Below, piece after piece: positions 1 through 10,780 of a DNA stretch of 64,000 nt; position 1 is the stretch's first letter, and every line of letters starts with the position of its first letter. Under the pieces are notes generated by a model. That model saw nothing but the letters and a program-made list of their open reading frames with translations, searched no databases and was not told the DNA's origin. The stretch lies in the NCBI GenBank assembly GCA_907165135.1, contig OU015567.1, positions 6,758,001 through 6,822,000 on the forward strand, given 5' to 3'. The position numbers and the translations under genes were made by a program. The DNA is from Oikopleura dioica. Its lineage: Eukaryota; Animalia; Chordata.

Positions 1-744
1 CCCGCCGACCGAGCTCCCGCGCGCTTCTCGCTCTTTTTCACTCTCACTCTTCAGCTGGTTTAATTTTTCGATTATCGTGATTTTTGTACACGAACTAATC
101 TTTTATGCTCTTTCATCTCCATTTCTTAAAATTTTCATAGCTTATTGCAACGCTGAGTTAGGGCGAAAACATCGGCGCTCGATTTCAAGTGTACATAAGT
201 ACTCGAATTATTCGGATTGACACTTCGAGACTACCCTCATTGAAAAGCCCGTGCCTTCTTGCATAAGGCTTACTTATTGAGATTTTATTATAATTTATGC
301 AGCTCTCGTAATCGAGCGGTAAATAAAGGTTGTTCTGACCAGCGCAGCGGGAATCCCGCGCCAACAGTGTAAACTGCCCGTGTTTCACGCCGAGCGCTCC
401 AGGTAACCCGCATTAATCCCACGATAATCGGATAAGTAAACTCTTCCGGGAAATCTCAATAAGTAGGCCTTATGCAAGAAGGCACGGGCTTTTCAATGAG
501 GGCAGTCTCGAAGTGTCAATCCGAATAATTCGAGTACTTATGTACACTTGAAATCGAGCGCCGATGTTTTCGCCCTAACTCAGCGTAGCAATAAGCTATG
601 AAAATTTTAAGAAATGGAGATGAAAGAGCATAAAAAGATTAGTTCGTGTACAAAAAATCACGATAATCGAAAAAATTAAACCAGCTGAAGAGTGAGAGTG
701 AAAAAGAGCGAGAAGCGCGCGCGGAGCTCGGTCGGCGGGGTCCC
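1..744. mobile_element. Non-autonomous TIR element (MITE family A, Kolobok-like TTAA/GG ends); left end cut by the window edge
   Basis: ~290-bp inverted arms (1-~290 vs ~453-744) ending GGGGTCCC followed by TTAA at 745-748; near-identical copy at 21380-22132 in opposite orientation. Confidence 0.88.
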
Positions 745-748
745 TTAA

Positions 749-1146
749 GGGGGTAGAAACAGCTTTTTCCGAAAAGGGCGATTTTTCACCGGCGCTACAG
801 ACAAGAGAATCTTACATTTTCAAATTTTCTCTTCAGGTTTAGATAGATACATCTTAGATCTAAGAACATCTCTCTCGAAATTTGTTTTAGTCATCGAATT
901 TTTGAGTAAGCGGGCTCAGAAGCAGCTCATCTCTCCGAAATTCTCGATTTTCGCAAATTTTTAAACACGTATATCTCAAGTCCCCTGATAGTTAAACAAA
1001 TTTCATTCACATTTTTGTGAAGCTCAATCCTTTTTCTAGGAACATTTATGAGGAAATTTCGTGAACATAAATTAATCTTTAAGAAGACATAATATGTTTT
1101 CTTCTATATAGCTGCATTCCAAGATCGAGAAAGCTGTTTCTACCCC
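749..1146. mobile_element. MITE family B abutting family A and sharing its TTAA
   Basis: TTAA-GGGG(G)TAGAAACAGCTTT ... AAAGCTGTTTCTACCCC-TTAA (TTAA at 745-748 and 1147-1150); no ORF. Confidence 0.8.
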
Positions 1147-1559
1147 TTAACGTGAAAATCTTATTGCAGGAAAATCGTTTTTCCGGAAAATCCTCTTTTC
1201 CTTTCTTGAAGGGAAGAAAATAGATCCCACTGGTCATTTTGGAAATGAGAATCTATCGTTTTGTCAGAGAAATGAGCAAATATTTGGTGTTGAGCGCAAA
1301 TGTAGCTAAAAATTGAATTCTGAGAGTTGCCTATTTAGAAAATTAGAGAAAGTAAGAATGAGTGAGAATTGTTTACTTGGAGCGGAGGAGTTGTTCTCCA
1401 TGGCCGATTTCCAAGAGACGGGAGATACGGGGCAACTTCTAGCGCCCGACCTGACAAAAAGGGATAAGAATAAATAATCGTAATAACGATGAGTAGTTGT
1501 TGATTTTTATGGCGCTTAAAAAGGGAAAATATGGAGAGTAAAGCCTTATCCACGCATAG

Positions 1560-2228
1560 ATTTGTCTCAGTATTGGTACAGAGAAGATACGCAGGACGCA
1601 TTGATCAGAGAAATTCAACGGCTAGTAGAGTTGGGATTTGAAACTTCTAAAAATTGAAGAAATTTTTCTTTTAAAAATCTCGTGCAGAAAATGACGAGCG
1701 CGCTAGAATCGATTTTCTGCAGAATGGAGAAGATCGCCCCAGACTTGATGAAAAATGCAGCTTGCTAGAGTTCGATAGGCGTTTTCAAGTGTACGACAAC
1801 TTCTACTTCTACGATCTGAACTTTCCGCTCGCCGACGAAGTCAAAAAGTTAGAAAAGAAGAGCTTTGACGTGATTTTGACAGATCCACCTTTTTGGCTGG
1901 AAGAATACTTGAATAAGTTATTCGAGACGGTGGATTATTTGGCAAAGGATGAGGCGAAAGTGCTGGTTTGTGCGGGGCCGCCGATGATTTCTTTTATGGA
2001 AGAAACGAAGGGTTTTACAACTTGCCCGTATAGCTAGGGATAGAAACAATGAAATAGTTTGCTCATTAGTGGCCTTTTCTCCTATCCTCTTCCTACAGAC
2101 CGACGTACGAGAGGCGCCTTTCAAAATATCCATCAAATCAGAGCCGCTGCTACGTTAATTATCCTCTTGAATGTTCGAGTGTTTTAGCCTCTGATAATTG
2201 TAGGGACGAAATCCTTTTTGACGAGTAA
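1560..2228 (+). CDS. EEF1AKMT1: EEF1A lysine methyltransferase 1 (N6AMT2)-like, multi-exon, 5' end uncertain
   Basis: Exons encode DLSQYWYREDT, LLEFDRRFQVYDNFYFYD, FDVILTDPPF and RCYVNYPLEC, matching the family motifs LSQFWY, FEYDxRF, DPP and RCYxNY. Confidence 0.8.
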
Positions 2229-2260
2229 CGAAAATAGCGCTTGAAAATGTCGAATTTAGA

Positions 2261-2968
2261 ATGGAGAGGCTCTATCGGACAAATGGGAGAAAGTGCTTTA
2301 TTGGAATTTTCCCCAAAGATTTTTCAAGCGTTAGTGGAACTGGAGGACGACTAGAGAATTTGTTCAATAATAAGGATGATGTAAGATGTCTTTTTGAATG
2401 AAAAAGGAGACGTGTTTTTAAGGAAACCTTGCGTACTTCTTTCAAGTCTCAAGGATACTACACAAAACTCTCCCAGAAGAATCAGATCAAAACTCGCCGG
2501 GTTGTCGAATTCATCGAGCAAAACGCCGCGGAGTTCGAAACAGTTGGAGACGTTTCAAGAGTTGTCGTCTACATCTGTACTCATGGCTTCTCGTCCCAAT
2601 ACGGACAACATCTGTATTTCAGCGATGGGCATATTTTGATGGACCACCTGCTACGCCCTCTTTATGATTGCCCTGGTTTGGTGAATGTTCCACTTTTGGT
2701 CATTCTGCACTCCTGCCGCAAGTACAAGGAAGATTCAAGCATTGCTGAAGCAAGTTACAGATTTGCAGAAAATCGTCAAATCTGGCAAGATCGAGTTGCC
2801 CACTCAAAAGTCGATGTCGGTTTCGTCTTTTCAGCCGACGAGAATAAATATGCGCTTACTTCTTTCAATGGAACTTCTGATTTTGCAAGCAAGCTGGTTC
2901 ACGAATTCGAGAACAACGATGATATCTTCCGCGCTACGTCTTGTTTGGGGCTTCGGCACTCCTATCGG
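2261..2968 (+). CDS. Caspase-like domain 1 (5' half of a gene interrupted by the foldback element)
   Basis: ATG 2261, GT-AG intron 2381-2422; VYICTHGFS (catalytic His-Gly) and LVILHSCRK (catalytic Cys); p10-like VGFVFSADENKYALT...SDFASKL. Confidence 0.8.
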
Positions 2969-4061
2969 TAGGCTTACCGCGGTGTTTTCTATTTTTCAGG
3001 CTCTTTTGAAAAATCTCCCCATACTTTCAGAACATATGCATCAAGACAAGCCTTGAAAAACTGCACTTGCAGAATTTTCGATATGAGTCATCTTACCCCC
3101 TTTTTTGGGGGATTTTTAGCAAGAAAAAAAGCACTAGTTTGATTAGAAGCGGCTTTTGAGTGCGTGCTAGATCGATTTTGATAATTTGATGCCTACCATG
3201 TGAAAGATAAGCGCAAGATGCATCGATACATATGAAATTTATTATTGCGGAGTACTTCCTTCATATGATTCTAGAGCTCCAAAGTTGACGCAAGCAGCCA
3301 GATACGAAAATCCAATATTATCAACTTCTGATATAAGCATGCTATGATGATGTTTTATAGCTCAAATTGAAGCTTATAAATTACTGAACAAAATGGAGTG
3401 GTATTTTTGACCAGCCGGTTGTGCTTCCGGTTCGTCGCGGTTCATACCCGGAAATAGGTCAAAATGTAGAAATATGTATATCAAATGAATTAATTTTCAA
3501 CAGCGAATCTTTTGAACATATTCAGAAGTTCAACCGCCCGGTTATTATTGCGGTTCATGGTGGTTCATGGTGGTTCAAGCGCAGAAATGAACAAAATAGC
3601 AGCAATATGTATATCAAATTGAAACATAAATTAAGAACATTCATAAAATCATTTAATAAGCCCGAACCAACCGGTTGTTCTCCCGGTAAATGGCGGTTCC
3701 AAACGGTTCAAGCCGGTTCAAGCTAAAAACATGCTCAAAGTGGTTCAATATGGTTATCAAATGTATTCATTTACAATAGCAAAGCTTTCTAGCATATAAT
3801 GAAATTCAACCGCCCGGTTATTCTTGCGGTTCATGGTGGTTAATCGTGGTTCAAGCCCAGACATGAACAAAATAGCATCAATATGCATATCAAATTGAAT
3901 CTTGTATTAAGTACATTCGTCGAATCATTGAATAAGCCCAACCCAACCGGTAACTCTCGTGGAAAAAGAAGGTTTCTGACGGTTCAAGCCGGTTAAAGCC
4001 GAATATATGCTCAAAGTGGTTCAATATGTATATCGAATGAATGTTTATTAAAAAGCACGTA

Positions 4062-4288
4062 GTGTTTTGGGCCACCTTGGCGCTCGACTAAAAACAGCCA
4101 TATTTTTTGATTTTGTTTTTGTTTTCCTCAGTTAGCAATTTCACACTGCTCTCTCAACATAAAAGTATTCTTTTTCCTCTGTTCCTTTTCGTTCATATTT
4201 ACTTTATTATCCTGATGAAGTTTATCCAATAAACGAAAACGTTTGATACAAATCATATGATCTATTAACGAAGTCAACAAAAAAGATA
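4062..4288 (+). mobile_element. 227-bp insertion in the left foldback arm, probably a Penelope-like retroelement fragment
   Basis: Absent from the mirror arm; flanked by 13-bp direct repeat TAAAAAGCACGTA (4049-4061, 4289-4301); T-rich; contains a hammerhead motif. Confidence 0.6.
4208..4248 (+). ncRNA. Minimal type I hammerhead ribozyme motif
   Basis: TATC-CTGATGA-A-GTTTA-tccaa-TAAAC-GAAA-ACGT-TT-GATA: conserved core, 5-bp helix II, palindromic ACGT in place of helix III, 4-bp helix I. Confidence 0.55.
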
Positions 4289-4401
4289 TAAAAAGCACGT
4301 ATTTTGAAACTTTAACGAGATCCGGACGCGTGGTAAAACACTGAATATGTGCAAACCGCCCGGTTTTAATCGATTTTGTCTCTTTAAACGGGCAAACATA
4401 A

Positions 4402-6984
4402 GGGGAGGCAAGGCCCGTTTATACAATTCAGTCTGAGACGGGGCCAAGCCGACCCGAAGGAGAGGCCAGGCCCGTTTATACAATTCAGTCTGAGACGGGG
4501 CCAAGCCGACCCGAAGGGGAGGCCAGGCCCGTTCATACAATTCAGTCTGAACCGGGGCCAAGCCGACCCGAAGGGAGGCCAGGCCCGTTCGAACAATTCA
4601 GTCTGAGACGGGGCCAAGCCGACCCGAAGGGGAGGCGAGGCCCGTTCATACAATTCAGTCTGAGACGGGGCCAAGCCGACCCGAAGTGGAGGCCAGGCCC
4701 GTTCAAACAATTCAGTCTGAGACGGGGCCAAGCCGACCCGAAGGGGAGGCCAGGCCCGTTTATTCAATTCAGTCTGAGACGGGGCCAAGCCGACCCGAAG
4801 GGGAGGCCAGGTCTGTTTAAACGATTCAGTCTACGACGAGCCGAAGCCGACCCGAAGGGGAGACCAGGCCCGTTTATTCAATTCAGTCTGCGACGGGGCC
4901 AAGCCGACCCGAAGAGGAGGCAAGGCCCGTTTATTCAATTCAGTCTGCGACGGGGCCAAGCCGACCCGAAGGGGAGACCAGGCCCATTTATTCAATTCAG
5001 TCTGCGACGGGGCCAAGCCGACCCGAAGGGGAGGCCAGGTCCGTTTAAACGATTCAGTCTGCGACGAGCCGAAGCCGATTCGAAGGGGAGACCAGGCCCG
5101 TTCAAGCAATTCAGTCTGCGACGGGGCCAAGCCGACCCGAAGGGAGGCCAGGCCCGTTCATACAATTCAGTCTGAGACGGGGCCAAGCCGACCCGAAGGG
5201 AGGCCAGGCCCGTTCAAACAATTCAGTCTGAGACGGGGCCAAGCCGACCCGAAGGAGAGGCCAGGCCCGTTTATACAATTCAGTCTGAGACGGGGCCAAG
5301 CCGACCCGAAGGGGAGGCCAGGCCCGTTCATACAATTCAGTCTGAACCGGGGCCAAGCCGACCCGAAGGGAGGCCAGGCCCGTTCATACAATTCAGTCTG
5401 AACCGGGGCCAAGCCGACCCGAAGGGGAGGCCAGGCCCGTTCGAACAATTCAGTCTGAGACGGGGCCAAGCCGACCCGAAGGAGAGGCCAGGCCCGTTTA
5501 TACAATTCAGTCTGAGACGGGGCCAAGCCGACCCGAAGGGAGGCCAGGCCCGTTCATACAATTCAGTCTGAACCGGGGCCAAGCCGACCCGAAGGGAGGC
5601 CAGGCCCGTTCGAACAATTCAGTCTGAGACGGGGCCAAGCCGACCCGAAGGGAGACCAGGCCCGTTTATTCAATTCAGTCTGCGACGGAGCCAAGCCGAC
5701 CCGAAGAGGAGGCCAGGCCCGTTTATACAATTCAGTCTGAGACGGGGCCAAGCCGACCCCAAGGGGTGGCCAGGCCCATTCATACAATTCAGTCTGAGAT
5801 TGATGATACAATTCATCCGTCGCAGACTGAATCCTTTAAACGGACCTGGCCTCCCCTTCGGGTCGGCTTGAATAAGGGAGGCCAGGCCCGTTTATTCAAT
5901 TCAGTCTGAGACGGGGCCAAGCCGTCGCAGACTGAATTGAATAAACGGGCCTGGTCTCCCCTTCGGGTCGGCTTCGGCTCGTCGTAGACTGAATCGTTTA
6001 AACAGACCTGGCCTCCCCTTCGGGTCGGCTTGGCCCCGTCTCAGACTGAATTGAATAAACGGCCCTGGCCTCCCCTTCGGGTCGGCTTGGCCCCGTCTCA
6101 GACTGAATTGTATGAACGGGCCTTGCCTCCCCTTCGGGTCGGCTTGGCCCCGTCTCAGACTGAATTGTTTGAACGGGCCTGGTCTCCCTTCGGGTCGGCT
6201 TCGGCTCGTTGCAGACTGAATCGTTTAAACGGACCTGGCCTCCCCTTCGGGTCGGCTTGGCCCCTCTCAGACTGAATTGTTTGAACGGGCCTGGTCTCCC
6301 CTTCGGGTCGGCTTCGGCTCGTTGCAGACTGAATCGTTTAAACGGACCTGGCCTCCCCTTCGGGTCGGCTTGGCCCCGTCTCAGACTGAATTGAATAAAC
6401 GGGCCTGGCCTCCCTTCGGGTCGGCTTGGCCCCGTCTCAGACTGAATTGTTTGAACGGGCCTGGCCTCCACTTCGGGTCGGCTTGGCCCCGTCTCAGACT
6501 GAATTGTATGAACGGGCCTGGCCTCCCCTTCGGGTCGGCTTGGCCCCGTCTCAGACTGAATTGTATAAACGGGCCTGGCCTCCCCTTCGGGTCGGCTTGG
6601 CCCCGTCTCAGACTGAATTGTTTGAACGGGCCTGGTCTTCCCTTCGGGTCGGCTTCGGCTCGTTGCAGACTGAATCGTTTAAACGGACCTGGCCTCCCCT
6701 TCGGGTCGGCTTGGCCCCGTCTCAGACTGAATTGAATAAACGGGCCTGGCCTCCCCTTCGGGTCGGCTTGGCCCCGTCTCAGACTGAATTGTATGAACGG
6801 GCCTGGCCTCCCCTTCGGGTCGGCTTGGCCTCGTCTCAGACTGAATTGTATAAACGGGCCTGGCCTCCCCTTCGGGTCGGCTTGGCCCCGTCGCAGACTG
6901 AATTGAATAAATGGGCCTTGCCTCCCCTTCGGGTCGGCTTGGCCCCGTCTCAGACTGAATTGTATAAACGGGCCTTGCCTCCCC
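4402..6984. repeat. 57-bp GC-rich tandem satellite in two head-to-head arrays (~24 units forward, ~18-19 reverse)
   Basis: Unit GGGGAGGCCAGGCCCGTTTATACAATTCAGTCTGAGACGGGGCCAAGCCGACCCGAA; orientation switches at ~5800-5924; gives 19-aa periodic spurious ORFs. Confidence 0.95.
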
Positions 6985-8179
6985 TTATGTTTGCCCGTTT
7001 AAAGAGACAAAATCGATTAAAACCGGGCGGTTTGCACATATTCAGTGTTTTACCACGCGTCCGGATCTCGTTAAAGTTTCAAAATACGTGCTTTTTAATA
7101 AACATTCATTCGATATACATATTGAACCACTTTGAGCATATATTCGGCTTTAACCGGCTTGAACCGTCAGAAACCTTCTTTTTCCACGAGAGTTACCGGT
7201 TGGGTTGGGCTTATTCAATGATTCGACGAATGTACTTAATACAAGATTCAATTTGATATGCATATTGATGCTATTTTGTTCATGTCTGGGCTTGAACCAC
7301 GATTAACCACCATGAACCGCAAGAATAACCGGGCGGTTGAATTTCATTATATGCTAGAAAGCTTTGCTATTGTAAATGAATACATTTGATAACCATATTG
7401 AACCACTTTGAGCATGTTTTTAGCTTGAACCGGCTTGAACCGTTTGGAACCGCCATTTACCGGGAGAACAACCGGTTGGTTCGGGCTTATTAAATGATTT
7501 TATGAATGTTCTTAATTTATGTTTCAATTTGATATACATATTGCTGCTATTTTGTTCATTTCTGCGCTTGAACCACCATGAACCACCATGAACCGCAATA
7601 ATAACCGGGCGGTTGAACTTCTGAATATGTTCAAAAGATTCGCTGTTGAAAATTAATTCATTTGATATACATATTTCTACATTTTGACCTATTTCCGGGT
7701 ATGAACCGCGACGAACCGGAAGCACAACCGGCTGGTCAAAAAATACCACTCCATTTTGTTCAGTAATTTATAAGCTTCAATTTGAGCTATAAAACATCAT
7801 CATAGCATGCTTATATCAGAAGTTGATAATGTTGGATTTTCGTATCTGGCTGCTTGCGTCAACTTTGGAGCTCTAGAATCATATGAAGGAAGTACTCCGC
7901 AATAATAAATTTCATATGTATCGATGCATCTTGCGCTTATCTTTCACATGGTAGGCATCAAATTATCAAAATCGATCTAGCACGCACTCAAAAGCCGCTT
8001 CTAATCAAACTAGTGCTTTTTTTCTTGCTAAACATCCCCCAAAAAAGGGGGTAAGATGACTCATATCGAAAATTCTGCAAGTGCAGTTTTTCAAGGCTTG
8101 TCTTGATGCATATGTTCTGAAAGTATGGGGAGATTTTTCAAAAGAACCTTGAAAATCGAAAAACACCGCGGTAAGCCTA

Positions 8180-9183
8180 CCTATCGGGAAAGATTCAACG
8201 ACCCTGAAGAAGAGGGTGGCACGGATCAGTTCTATCCCCATTCAAAGAGGAAGAAAGCTGCAATTATAATCACATTGGGCGAGTTTGACAGAGAGAGAGA
8301 TTTCAAAAATGCTGATGTTGAAAGAGAAGGTAAAGCTTTTTTTGAAATTTCTTTGGGACCTATGATTTTTGTAGAAATGAAGAAGCTTGTAAAACAAATG
8401 GACTACGACGTCATTGCTTCCAACAAGACCTATATTACGCTTGAAAGTTGCCAGAAATTCATCCACAATTTGATCGAAAATAGCTTCCAGCACGGCCACG
8501 AATTCAATTCAATCATGCTCTATTTGAAAACACACGGGAGCTGGGGAAAGAAGGGCCAGATTGTCCATTTTTCGAACGATACGCAAATTCCGCTTCTTGA
8601 CTTGCTCCAGCCCTTCAACCAAGGACCTCTTAGAGGTAAAAAATAGAACTCCATCTAGTACTGCTAATCTTCTCTTTTCAGCAATTCCGAAAGCTATCTT
8701 CGTTGAAGCCTGCCAGGGAGAAACGAAAGAGACGGAGGGCATTAGATTAGGTCAGACGCACCTAGGAAGCAGCGAGCCTCGACATCATATGCTGAATACA
8801 ATTTTCTTCAAAGCAACAACAGAGAGAACTCTCTCTGTTACGCCAGAAGATCCTGAAGGACTCTCGCCTTTTACTGAAGGAACGGGGTCATTGAAATTTA
8901 CTTTTGGATATATAGAAATTTTTCATTTAAAAAACCTCGGCAAGCTCTGAAAGACATCGTCAACGAAGCACTTCTCAACGACGAAGACATCAACGCCTGG
9001 GACTTGTCGTGCAAACTCACGGAGAAAATGTCGTCAATAGAACCAGTCAGGCACCCGGCTCCAGAACGACTACATATTAATCCAGAATACGCTCTGAAAT
9101 TCGATAAATTCCTCCTGTGCCAAACGGATACGACGCTCACCAAAAACCTCAAAATCTTCAACAACACTCGATATCCTTATTAG
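8180..9183 (+). CDS. Caspase-like domain 2 (3' half of the interrupted gene)
   Basis: FYPHSKRKKAAIII, LYLKTHGSW (His), intron 8636-8681, IPKAIFVEACQG (Cys), SPFTE, GA-AG intron 8880-8944, ...TTLTKNLKIF...PY stop at 9181-9183. No ATG of its own after the insertion. Confidence 0.82.
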
Positions 9184-9340
9184 TGATTATTAGTTGATTT
9201 ACTGCTGCATAAAGTTCAATCTTCTTCAATCATTCTGTATTATTTTCTGTATACTTGAAAATTGCTAATTCCGATAAAAGTTCCAATAAATTTCATTCTC
9301 GATTCTTGATAACAACGATTTGAAAATAAGTCTAGTTAAG

Positions 9341-10454
9341 ATGGGAGACTACTACGACGTTCGCGGAATGAAGAGAATTCTAGCGATCTCGGTGGGCGAG
9401 TTCAACGCTCTTGACCCACTTCCGAACAGTCAAATTGATAAGGTAGGGGAAATGTGAGTGCTGAGGCTAAAACTGAATCCAGGAGCTCATCTTGAGGACG
9501 TTTTCCAGGCTCGGTTTTCGACCGACGCAGGAAAAAGAAAACACCTTGACAGCTTTGGACGCAACGAAGTTGATCGCCAAATTCTGTCAAAAGTTCGAGT
9601 CCGAAATGCCTATCAAGCCGATGAAATGCCTCGCTATCTACCTCAAGTCCCACGGCGGCATTGACAAGAAGGGAACAGTCGTGTACTTTAGGGATCAAAT
9701 GGTGCCGCTTTGGGATTTGTTGGACCCGATTCTGAAGCACCCGTGCTTAGAGGGAGTGCCCAAAATAGTCATCTTCGAAGCCTGCCGGTAATTAAGAGTG
9801 CGAATTCGTAACTCATGAAAAATAGAGGCCAGAATGCGCAATTCCGCAGAGCAGGGAACGATGGAGCGAAGAATGAAAACCCTAGAATGCCAGTTCACAG
9901 GAGAGTGGACACCATTCTTTTGCCGCCTCGCCAGAGGGAGAGTATGCCTACACCTGCGTCGATGAGAAAGCATCGCCATTTACGGAAACCTTCTGTGAAG
10001 CTCTTGATGAATGTCCAAGGTTAGAGGATTCAATATATTTTACATGGCAACAAGGCTCTTCTTTTTAGTCAAGACGTCTACGACCTCTCTCACACGATCG
10101 TAGAACGACTGAGACACAAACCAATTCTAATGACTGACGGAGACACTCCAATCCAGTACTTCATGGCGCCCTGCACTGAGACGAGTCTCACTAAACGACT
10201 ACGGTTGTACACTCCCAGGTTCAGTTCACGAGAAAAAGCAGTAATTTCAACTGATCGCTTTTAGTAAACAAAGCAATGGATACATGCCCGCTGCTGGTTT
10301 TCAAAGAGCCGCTTCAACTTCCAGTATGGACGATCAATTGTCTTCATTGATGGAACAAATCAAATATCTGCAAGGAGAACGCGAGAAACTGATCACTGAG
10401 AATCAGAATCTCCAACTTGATCTCAACAATCTACGGCGAAATACTTCAGCGTGA
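9341..10454 (+). CDS. Prodomain-less caspase-like protease 3 with C-terminal leucine zipper; one -1 frameshift in a T run at ~9917-9921
   Basis: MGDYYDVRGMKRILAIS, IYLKSHGG, VPKIVIFEACR|G, AASPEGEYAY, SPFTETF, TSLTKRLRL; intron 10219-10264 leads in frame to a heptad-Leu exon. Confidence 0.82.
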
Positions 10455-10780
10455 AGCCTTCAACTCTTACAATCGCTCTGTAAAGAATTTTTTGATAAAA
10501 AATATTGTGCCTTCTGTTCAACAGATTAAGTTAAAACTCTTTTACTGACCTTTCTACTTCAACTCACAATCATCGAGCAGATGCAGTAGATTCTCTGCAA
10601 CCTTATTATCTCTCTATCTCTTCGGATGCAATCCCATTCATTTACTGTCTTGATGGATGTCTGTATTATAGCCGATTTTATTCCGAAAGTTCCCATACTT
10701 CTTTATATTTCGACTTCCCACTTCGAAATTTGAGTTTGAATTGAATTAATTCAGCCCTATTAACCACTTTGCTTCCAGAA

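Larger units (their letters stand above)
2969..8179. mobile_element. 5.2-kb non-autonomous foldback DNA transposon (hAT-like TAG termini, 8-bp TSD)
   Basis: Ends TAGGCTTACCGCGGTG.../...CACCGCGGTAAGCCTA; TSD CCTATCGG at 2961-2968 and 8180-8187; ~1.2-kb near-perfect inverted arms followed by inverted satellite arrays; no transposase ORF. Confidence 0.9.

Noticed and set aside
185-388. 67-aa ORF, also at 21736-21939
   Set aside because: Lies within the MITE arm/core; no transposase motifs.
4402-6984. CRISPR-like array
   Set aside because: Contiguous tandem units with no unique spacers, no cas genes, eukaryotic context.
4274-7256. Many ORFs with 19-aa repeats (APSQTELYERAWPPLRVGL)
   Set aside because: Translation of the 57-bp satellite; present on both strands, with 56-bp units shifting frame.
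2969-8179. Foldback as a chimeric-read artefact
   Set aside because: Unique flanks with an exact 8-bp TSD, arm mismatches and a one-arm insertion argue for a real element (read check still advisable).
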